DNA from: Chrysomallon squamiferum
Lineage: Eukaryota > Animalia > Mollusca
Assembly (NCBI GenBank): GCA_012295275.1
Contig: CM022676.1
Span: 6,572,001 to 6,636,000 of the forward strand
Length of the DNA stretch: 64,000 nucleotides
Direction of reading: 5' to 3'
The notes below the pieces were generated by a model. It ran no database searches and was not told where the DNA came from. It worked only from the letters and a program-made list of their open reading frames with translations. This document shows, in pieces, positions 54,335 to 64,000 of the stretch. Both the position numbers and the translations under genes were made by a program. The stretch's first letter is position 1. Each line of letters begins with the position of its first letter.

Positions 54335-54735
54335 GTTATAAATTATGCCTGAGATATGAGAGGTCATAAGATCGACCCTTGCCAGAACATCCATTAGGTT
54401 ATTTCCCGTTCTAGACAGTTATCATCACGGATTTTTCAAAATGTTGTTGTCTGTGTACCTAATAGTGTCAATGATTTGTATGTCAAAGGATATGGATGAG
54501 TTTTCTTGTTTATGGGGGAAAAAAAAAAAAAAATCCCTTACTGCTAACTGAAAGGAAGAATAGCCCATTGCATTTTAGTAGTGGATGTCTTCTTAAAAAT
54601 ATCAGTGATATAAAAATTAAAAATATATAAAAACAGAGAACACACCAATATTCTGACTGCTGATAACTGATAATGTCAGAATAGATAACTTTTTTGAACA
54701 AAACTAATTCTTTGTTCAGTCCTTCATTCATTCTA
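54335..54735 (+). mobile_element. Decayed SINE (MetaSINE-like) copy
   Basis: AAGATCGACCC B-box remnant, TTATTTCCCGTTCTAG, Meta-domain-like ATCCCTTACTGCTAA..GAAAG..TAGCCCAT, (TTCA)n tail. Confidence 0.6.
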
Positions 54736-54869
54736 ATTCATTTGTCATTCATCCATTTATTTGTTCATTGCTTCTTTCTTTCTTTCTTTTGTTCTGTTAT
54801 TTAATAACTTTAATGACTGCTATGGCTCACTCAGTTTTGACCCATGCCACACCCACATTGACCTTTCGA

Positions 54870-55560
54870 CGACCATAATACCTCTCTAGTTATAACAGAA
54901 ATCTCTGGTGTATTGTATCATGTTTTCATCAGTCCAGTACAATGACTGGGTATCATCTACTTCTATCACAGTTCAAAGCTTTACTTTAGATGCCATAATA
55001 CCTCTAGTTATAACAGAAATCTCTGGTGTATTGTATCATGTTTTCATCAGTTCAGTACAATGACTGTGTAGCATCTACTTCTGTCATAGTTAAAAAAGCT
55101 TTACTTTAGATGTCATAATACTTCTAGTTATAATCTCTGGTGTATTCTATCACATTCTGCATCAATCCAGTCTGGATATCATCTGCTTCTACAATAGCTG
55201 AACATTTTGCTTCAGACGTCATAATATATGTAGTTATAATAGAATCTTTGATATCATTTTTTTTTTCAACAGTCCAGAACAATGCCATAATATCATCTAC
55301 ATCTCTGATAGTTCAAAGTTTTGTTTTCTAAGTCATATTTCATATAGTAGAATCTTGGTTGTGTCGTATAAAATTTTCATCAGTCCAGTACAATATCTAG
55401 AAATCAAGTCTATCATGTGACATTTTCAACAGTCCAGTAAAACTTTGAGTATCATCTACGTCTGTCACAGTTCAAAGTTTGGTTTTATAAGTCATAATAT
55501 ATCTAGTTTCCATCATTCCATACATAAACTGGATATCATATAGTTCTTCCATAGTTCAAA
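54870..55560. repeat. ~110-125 bp degenerate tandem repeat
   Basis: CCATAATACCTCTAGTTATAACAGAAATCTCTGGTGTATT...CAGTCCAGTACAA...AGTTCAAAG units. Confidence 0.85.
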
Positions 55561-57229
55561 GTTTTGGTACTGCAGGCAGATAACCCACTTCAACAGTGAA
55601 GAAACTAATCATATATGTAGTTTTGGACCACTCACTTCATATCTCCATTCCCCCCCCCTTAGACCATTTGATCCTGAAAACCACAGCATTCAAAACAAAC
55701 ACTCTTGCCATTACGGCGAAATGAAGCCTAATAAGCAGACAAGAGAAATTAAGAGAAAATTAAATTGTGTTTCTACCTACGAGATATCGATTTCTACACA
55801 ACTACTGTACACACAATAATCACCAATATTAACCAGCTCCAAATTGCACTGTTCTCTGACAATGCAAAGTTTTCACAGGAATTAAGACTTTTAGTGGGCC
55901 CACAGGAGGTTGGAGTATTCATTGTTTAGGAAAGAGGCCAATAAATAAAAATTATTAAGAAACAAAGAAAAGGAAATGGTCAAGGCCGAATATAGTTAGA
56001 TGTTTGGTTTACGTTTTGTTTTGTTTATAGTATTTGGTTACGTTTATTTTTATTGTAAAATCTTTTATTAATACTAGTACTACAACTATTACTACTACTA
56101 CTACTACTACAGCTGTACTAGTACAACCTTTTTCATTAGCAACTCCATACCTATTATTCTACAGCAAATAATACATATTAAATAAATAAATAGATAAATA
56201 AAATACATAAATAAATAAAATAATAAAATAAATAAATAAACACATAATTAAAGAAAATAACTAAATAAATATAAAAAAAAAAAAAAAATAAAAAAAAAAA
56301 ATAAATAAATAAATAAATAAATAAAAACAGAATTAAAAATGCAGATTACAACTCCACCTACAACTACTGCTACTGCAGCTTCTACTACATCTACGTTAAT
56401 TAACCAAGAGTACAAATAATAATGAAAGAAATAAAAATAAAAATAAATAAATAAATAATATTCTTTAAAACAAATGAATATACATTTCTGGTGTGTATTT
56501 ATGTGTGTGTGTATTTGTATGAGTATGTATATATGTAAATGAGTGTTTTTATTTCTTTGTGTGTTTGTATGAGTAGGTGTTAGTATGTATATTTTTCTGC
56601 TTATATATTATTTGTGAGTATGTGAGTGTATACATGTCTTGTTTTAATTTATAGTTATACATACAAATATTTGTTATATTTCAGTATATTGTTGAAAAGA
56701 TGTACAGCATATTTTTTTGGCTTCCTTTTAATATATTTAAAAAAATAAAATAAAATAAAATAATAATAATAAAATAAAATAGAATAAAAACCAAGAACAA
56801 AAAAGAAACAAAATAAAAAATAAAAAACCTTCCAAAAACATCTCTAAGCCCAGACATTATATTAAGTCTGTCTCCTTTGATTATTAATAATACCCAACAC
56901 TAAAGCAAACATGTTTTTTTTTTTTTTCAAATATAATTCCACAGCTAACTAAGAACCTGACATTTCAAATCATCTCAGTTTTTTTTTCTTTTCTATCTTC
57001 TTTTTTTTAAGCTACATATTATTGATTATATAACAGCTTTATATGGCACATTTTGTGCTAGGTATTAATAGCCTGCTGTGTTAATGTTACCGTATATTTG
57101 GTTAATTCCGTGATTTTTACAACAGCTCTTCGTAAAGTAATGGGTTTTGTTCGTGACTGGATGCAGTCGACGACACAATCACTGTCCGCTTTCTGTCATC
57201 ACTCACGTTGTTGCTGCTGATGATAAAAC

Positions 57230-57845
57230 ATTAAATTTCAAACTGAATAGAGACTTATGTCTGTAGAGCTACTTATAAAATGTTAAATTTCAAACTGAAA
57301 AGAGAGTTATGTCTGTAGAGCTACTTATAAAATGTTAAATTTCAAACTGAATAGAGACTTATGTTTGTAGAACTACTTATAAAATGCTAAATTTCAAACT
57401 GAATAGAGACTTATGTCTGTAGAGCTACTTATAAAATGTTAAATTTCAAACTGAATAGAGACTTATGTCTGTAGAACTACTTATTAAATTTCAAACTGAA
57501 CATAGACTTATAAAATGTACACTACTTATAAAATGTTAAATTTCAAACTGAACAGAGACTTATAAAATGTACACTACTTATAAAATGTTAAATTTCAAAC
57601 TGAACAGAGATTTATAAAATCTACACCACTTATAAAATGTTAAATTTCAAACTGAATATAGACTTATAAAATGTACACTACTTATAAAATGTTAAATTTC
57701 AAACTGAACATAGACTTATAAAATGTACACTACTTATAAAATGTTAAATTTCAAACTGAAGAGAGACTTAGGTCTGTACACTACTTATAAAATGTTAAAT
57801 TTCAAACTGGAAAGATTCTTAGGTCTGTACACTACTTATAAATTT
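57230..57845. repeat. 52-bp minisatellite, ~12 copies
   Basis: CTACTTATAAAATGTTAAATTTCAAACTGAATAGAGACTTATGTCTGTAGAG units (57269, 57321 and onward). Confidence 0.95.
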
Positions 57846-58758
57846 TAATTTTTATTATTATTTTTTTTTTATAGCAGAAAGATAGATTAATTTACATTAA
57901 AAAAAATAAAATATTTATTGTTTTGACTTACTGTAATAAAACAGAAATGATAATGCCACATTTATATTAAAATTTATTTATTTATTTGTTTTGGTTTGTC
58001 TAGGATTATTTCAATATGGGTGGTTTGTTTTATTGTTTTATTTTAGTATTTTATTTGTTTTACTTACCATAAAACTGATAGATATAAATCTAGGTGTACC
58101 TAAATTGAAAAGTAGATTTGTTTCTGTATGTCTGAGTGTGTGTGCATGGGCTTGTGTGTATATGTGTGTGTATAAGTGATTATGTCTGAGTGTATGTGTA
58201 TATGTCTGTGTGTTTTTGTGTATGTGTGTGTTTTTGTGTATGTGTGTGTTTGTGTGTATGTATTTTTGTATTGATGAATGTGTTTATACTGTATGTGTTT
58301 TATGTGTTTATACTGAATGTGTGTGTGTGTAAGCTTTGCTTTCTTTCTTTCTTTAATTTTTAAAAACATTTTTCTTATTAAAAGAACCTCAAATTAAAAC
58401 AACACAGATTTCCTCTGACACATGACTGGAATTTAAAATTCATGCATCTGAATTTGAAATGGATTTTTAACAATGGAAGACAAACAACACATGAGTCAGA
58501 TATGTTATTCATTTTGTTTAGCAATTAATTCACCAAACTGTAATTCCACAAAATGTCAAGCAGAATTTAAAAAAGGAAAACAATTTTTATATTAATTTTT
58601 TTTTTTTTTTTTTCATTATGATCTGAATCATAAGGCAATAAAAATGTCAACTAACTTTTTAAAAAACTTAACATAAATGTAAATTAATTTTCTTTTCTTC
58701 AAAACTATTTGAATCAAAACCTGGAAAAGGTGTAATGTAGTAGAAGTCTGTGCACGCA

Positions 58759-58796
<38 letters not shown>

Positions 58797-60279
58797 TGTG
58801 TGTGTGTGTGTGTGTATTTTATTACATAATCAACTGAATGATAAACATGCAAAAATGTCAGAAAGAATTAAAAACTTCTTTGTTTGCATAAATTAATTTT
58901 ATTTAACCCACTGATTTATAAAAAGAAAAAAGTGTCAATCGGTTTTTTAATAAAATTAATGTAAACAGAAGTTGATTTTGTTATGTTGCCTAACCTCAGT
59001 ATCATAATAGAATTAATAATAGAAACAATCAAATAAACAAAAATAAAAAAACCATAATAAATCTGAAAACAAAATGTTTCAACATAGAGAATTAATATTT
59101 AAAATAAGAAAAAACAAAAAAGAATGAATAAATAAATAAATAAATAAATAATAAATAAACAAACCAGTTAATAAATAAATAAATAAATACTTTAAACTGT
59201 GACTATAATGAAATGTCAACCACATTGAAAAAAACAAAACAATCTTAATAATTTAATTTTACATGGCATTTAAGTCTCAAAATCACAATAAAACCAATTG
59301 TCCATTAAACTTTTTAATTTGAGCAGCAACACTATCATGAGGATTGTGTACAAATTTGATTATGCATATTAAAAATTAAAAAATTATTATTACTAACTGA
59401 CAAACTAACAAACATAACATAATGATTGAAAAACAATTGAAAACAACAAAAAAACAAACAACAGCAAGAAGTAGCTAAAGTGTTTTATTGTCAGTTTGAA
59501 ACATTTGAATTGTAATAAATAGAACATCAAGTAGACTTCTAAATCCTACTTATATACAGTTTTGTTTTTATTGGGCTTGTAATTCTGTAAATGTTAATAA
59601 AACTGATGCATTTTGATCAACTAGTTAAATATCTGAATTGCAACAAATAAAACAGATTTAAAAAAAAAGAACAACAAAAAAACACAACAAATTACCAAAA
59701 TTTTTACAGATAAAAAACAACAATAACCAACTACATAGATAAATAAAACAAACAACAAAAAAACCGAAATCATATAATAAAAGAAACCCCCCCCAAAAAA
59801 AACTATGCAGATATATTAAAAAAAAAAAAATACAAAAACAAAACAACAATATAGGAAGATATTAATTTTTTTTTTTTTTTAAAAATAACAAATACACCAA
59901 ACTGCCAAACAATGCAGATATTTAAAAAAAAAAAAAAATAAAAACAATTTTATAGATAGATAGATTGAAAAAGATAATAATAAAAAAAAAAAAAAAAAAA
60001 AAAAGCTCTATAGACAAATTAAACTTAATCCATTATAACAAAACCAGTTTGGGTCCCAAATGCAAAATTTTTCACTTGTTGCCGTATTCACATCTGCTGT
60101 CTGAAAAATTGATTTTTTTTTTATATCTTTTTCTCCATTTTCAAACATTGTTAGTCTGTAGCGTATCTAAATACAGTGTCACAACCTTCCATTGATCTGT
60201 TTTCACCAGGCTTCATAATTATTTTATTAAATCCATATTCGTTTGGCTGTTTCTTTCATATTTTATACGACTGAGGTAC

Positions 60280-60920
60280 TTTGAGGTAAAATTTATTGAC
60301 ATTATGTGTAGGCTGTTATATTAATGCTTCGAGAAATTTGACTAAATTTCATTAATTTATATGTAGGTTGTTTTATTAATATTATAAGAAAGATGGCTAA
60401 ATATATATATTAATATATATATATATAGGATATTTTAGTAATATTATAAGAAATTTGATTAAATTTGATTAATGTGTTACAGGATGTTATAATAATATTA
60501 TAGTAATATTATAAATAAATTTAGTTAAATTTTATTAATGTGTTTATAGGTTGTTATATTAATATTATAAGAAATTTGACCAAATTTTATTAATATATAA
60601 CTAGGTTATTTTATTTACATTATTAGTAATTTCACTAGATCATTCTATAAATTTATATAAACTTACATTAATATTATAATTTTTTTTTTTTATTAAATTT
60701 TATTAATGTGTGGTTGTGTGTGTGTGTAAATATATATATAAAAGCTGTTATATTATGAGAAATTTGACAAAATGCTATTAATGTCTATATAGGCTATTTT
60801 ATTAATATTATTAGTAATTTTATCAGATTTTATTAATATATATGTAGGTTTTTATATTATATAAAAAGAAAAACAGCTCTAAATTTTATTAATGTATAAA
60901 TAGGTTATTATATTACTACT
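60280..60920. repeat. ~55-65 bp degenerate AT-rich tandem repeat
   Basis: TAGGTTGTTATATTAATATTATAAGAAATTTGACTAAATTTTATTAAT units. Confidence 0.75.
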
Positions 60921-61051
60921 ATAAAAAATTAGACTCAATTTTATTAACAATTATATAGACTGTTAGGTTAATATTAGGAAAGTGATTGTTTTGTTTTTCA
61001 ACAACAACAACAATAATAATACTAATTGTGATTATGATGGTGACAATGATA

Positions 61052-61090
<39 letters not shown>

Positions 61091-61569
61091 AATGATACCA
61101 TTAATATTACTAGTATTAGTACCACCACAATTACTACTACTGTTACTACTGCTAATAATAATATTAATGATAAGGATGACAATGATAGTGATTACAGTAA
61201 TGATGATAATGATATATTTGAAATAAAAATGTAATTTTTTTCAGTATCTATAATCAGACTGTTACAGATCTATTTTAACTGCTTTGGCTGCAGTTATTTG
61301 GAATTAGTCATAAATAAAACTGACATTAAGCAATAAAATCAATAAAGAGAACACATTAAACATACAGCCTACAGTATTGTTTGGTTGTTAATAACAGAGA
61401 GAAAGTTAGATAGATAGATTGATGGATAGACAGATAAGTACAAAAAGAGAGAGGCACTACATGTAAAAATTAATTTACCACATGTAAGTGAATGAGTAAT
61501 AAAGGATAACCAAATTAGATGTAAATATCCTCCCTTCCCCACAAATTCCTTTCGTGCTTATCCAGTGAT

Positions 61570-61830
61570 TAATACTATATCTTATAATACTTGTCCAAGG
61601 ATCACTATTGAATATCATGCTTGTCTATGGATCAGTACTACAGCCATTATACTTGTCCATGGATCATTAGTGAGTCATATCATATTTGTTCACAGATCTA
61701 TACTGAATCATACCCTACTCGTCTGTGGATTAGTACTGTATCATATCTTGTCTGTTTGTGGATCAGTATTGAATTATATCATACTTGTCCATGGATTAGT
61801 AGCGAGTCGTAATCATGGTTGTCCATATAC
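61570..61830. repeat. ~30-39 bp degenerate minisatellite
   Basis: ATCATACTTGTCCATGGATCAGTACTG units. Confidence 0.8.
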
Positions 61831-62855
61831 TTTTGACTACTGAGTGATGAGGGGTCCATTATTTGTGATGCAAAGGACACACAAATACATAACATGACAT
61901 TTCAGAAACTTTATTTTCAAGAAGAAGCTGAGAAGTCTTTTTAAACCCAATTAAACTTAGTTCTGACAACAAAATCAATATACTGACAATCAAAAAAAAA
62001 CCCAACAACTATCTCTACAGAAGTCTATTATTTTTCACTGAAACCCAATAAACAAAATGAAAGAAAGAAAGAAAAAAAAAAAACAACAACAACAAAAAAA
62101 TCACCTATTACATAGAAACGCAATAAAGAAAATTTAAAAAAAAAAAAAAAAAATAATAAAATGAACCTCCATTAAATTCCACAGAGTTTGTTTGATTAAA
62201 AAGTGTATATAAATCATGTTGTCAGCTACAAATACAGTTTCTTATCACAAAGTGATCAACTGTAGGAGATGACACTAATTGTTGCATGCTCCAGGGAGAA
62301 ATTTAATCGAGGCAGATGTTCTCAGGACTGGAGAGATCTCCAGATAAATTTAGACTGTGTAATGTCTTGGTGGGATGATCTCAGTCAAAGTTCTGTTTAA
62401 AAATAAGTTAATATTTAGCCGTTTGAGTTGTGTATTAATTTTTTCACAAGTGATTAATATTTTAACACGTTCAACTTCAGTTCAAATTTTATATACCTTT
62501 ATTAGTTTACAGTATTCCTTATTAATTTTTTTTTTTCTACTCATTCTAATAATAATAATAATAATAAAAAATAACAGCAACAACAATATGTTAATGATAA
62601 TAATGATGATGATGATGATGATAATAGCAAAAATTGTAACATGTTAATAATAACAACAGTAGTGTGGTAATGATAATGATAGTAAAAACAACAAGTACTG
62701 TTACTACTGCTACTACTACATTGACAACAACAACAAAAATATTTAATTACTTATAGAAAACATATTTTACTACTAATGAAGTATGCTAGTGATATAGAGA
62801 CCCATCAAATTGTACTGCTACAACAACTATTATTATCAGTAACAAAAATAATAAC

Positions 62856-62892
<37 letters not shown>

Positions 62893-63364
62893 GTTACAAC
62901 AACAACAACAACAACTTAACAATAACAACGACAATAGTTTATTTATTTTGGAAAACAATCTTTGCTAATCATGAAGTATGCTAGTGATATAAAGTTATAT
63001 GAACCCTGTCATTAATCATTTTAATCTACTAGAACTATTTCTGTTACTACAACTACAACTACTGCTTCTACTACTACCACCACCACTACTGCTACTAATA
63101 TTAATAATAATGATGGTACTGTTAATAACAGTGATAATAACAGCAACAACAACAGCAATAATAATAATAATAATAATATTATAATGAAGATGATGATAAT
63201 GTTAATAATTGTTTAACCCTGCTTTTAATTCTATTTTTCAGATAGTGGATCAAAGAGAGACTAAAAGAAAGAACAAATTTTTTTAATAATAAAACAAAAA
63301 ATAAAAATAATAACAAGAAAGGAAAAAAAGGAAATCTTAAATTTCAAAATTTCAAAATTTCAAA

Positions 63365-64000
63365 ATGGGAAACTTGTGCTCAGGATCGAAACAAGCCAAA
63401 AAGGAGGCTGCGGAGGACAACATGATCTACGAGAAAAAACCGAAAGACGAAAGTGCTCCTTCTGACCAGCCACCAGAGGGAGCCACTGCCGAAGCAGGGA
63501 AGGAAGGGGAAGGTAATGCGGACGACTCTCCGACAAAGTCTATAGCAGAAAAAAATGCCGAGACTCGCGAGAGTTGGATGGCTGGGGCGCAGAAGTTGAT
63601 AGACGAATCAGCGACAAGAGAAATCCAAGCCAAGAGTCAGAAGATTCACGAGAGCTTGGCTCAGAAGGCCAAACAGGCAGAACAGGACCTCGCAGAGGCT
63701 GGCGAGGAAGTCAAGGACGAAGTCGCCGAGGCTGGCGAGAAGGTTAAAGACGACGTGATTGCTAAAGTGGAAGAAGTGAAAGACGATGTGACCCAGAACG
63801 TCAAAGAGACAATTGAGAAAGTCAAAACAGAAGTGACAACCAAAGGTGAGGAGATTCAAGCCAGTATAGGCGGCTTTGTTAAAGGGGTCACAGACCAGGG
63901 GAAAGCAGCTGCTGCTGAAACTGCTGTTGCGGTTGAAGATGTTAAAGTAGGAATTGAAGAAGAGGCAGCAAAAACAAAGGACAAGGCCGAGTCCGTAGCT
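63365..64000 (+). CDS. Uncharacterised acidic protein with N-terminal dual-acylation motif and 11-mer amphipathic (LEA/apolipoprotein-like) repeats; 3'-partial
   Basis: CAAAATGG start context; 212 codons open to the window end with a sharp rise in GC; MGNLCSGSKQAKKEAAEDNMIYEKKPKDESAP...LAEAGEEVKDEVAEAGEKVKDD... The upstream acceptor ttttcag ends at 63241, followed by AT-rich UTR-like sequence. Confidence 0.85.
   Translation, partial: MGNLCSGSKQAKKEAAEDNMIYEKKPKDESAPSDQPPEGATAEAGKEGEGNADDSPTKSIAEKNAETRESWMAGAQKLIDESATREIQAKSQKIHESLAQKAKQAEQDLAEAGEEVKDEVAEAGEKVKDDVIAKVEEVKDDVTQNVKETIEKVKTEVTTKGEEIQASIGGFVKGVTDQGKAAAAETAVAVEDVKVGIEEEAAKTKDKAESVA

Noticed and set aside
57230-57845. 52-bp array as possible CRISPR
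   Set aside because: Contiguous tandem units without variable spacers
63242-63264. 63242 exon as the direct coding exon 2 of Sp17
   Set aside because: A phase-1 join gives DSGSKRD* immediately, with no Sp17 homology; the region looks like 5' UTR
63427-63859. Three minus-strand ORFs in the ORF track
   Set aside because: Antisense shadows of the plus-strand ORF starting at 63365

Overview
AT-rich, microsatellite-dense eukaryotic (metazoan) genomic DNA. A mollusc is likely, inferred from MetaSINE-like relics and the gene style. There are no prokaryotic features, and nearly all ORF-track entries are microsatellite artefacts. Manual splice reconstruction gives four coding units. (1) The 3' part of CWF19L2 on + (11 exons, stop at 7822-7824). 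(2) A complete 10-exon ZNHIT2 on - (15240 to 8534), tail-to-tail with CWF19L2. (3) The first coding exon of an Sp17/SPA17-like RIIa-domain gene on + (15591-15744), head-to-head with ZNHIT2 across a 350 bp ETS/RFX promoter. No Sp17 exon 2 was found in the following ~48 kb. (4) An ORF absent from the ORF track, 63365 to the window end, encoding a predicted myristoylated/palmitoylated acidic protein (MGNLCS...) with 11-mer amphipathic repeats, apparently within the Sp17 intron. The interval between (3) and (4) holds several near-perfect RFX X-boxes, a CCAAT/TGACAG array, a probable internal promoter with a long 5' exon, MITE/SINE relics and many minisatellites. Single-base frameshifts in short runs inside conserved exons suggest assembly errors.
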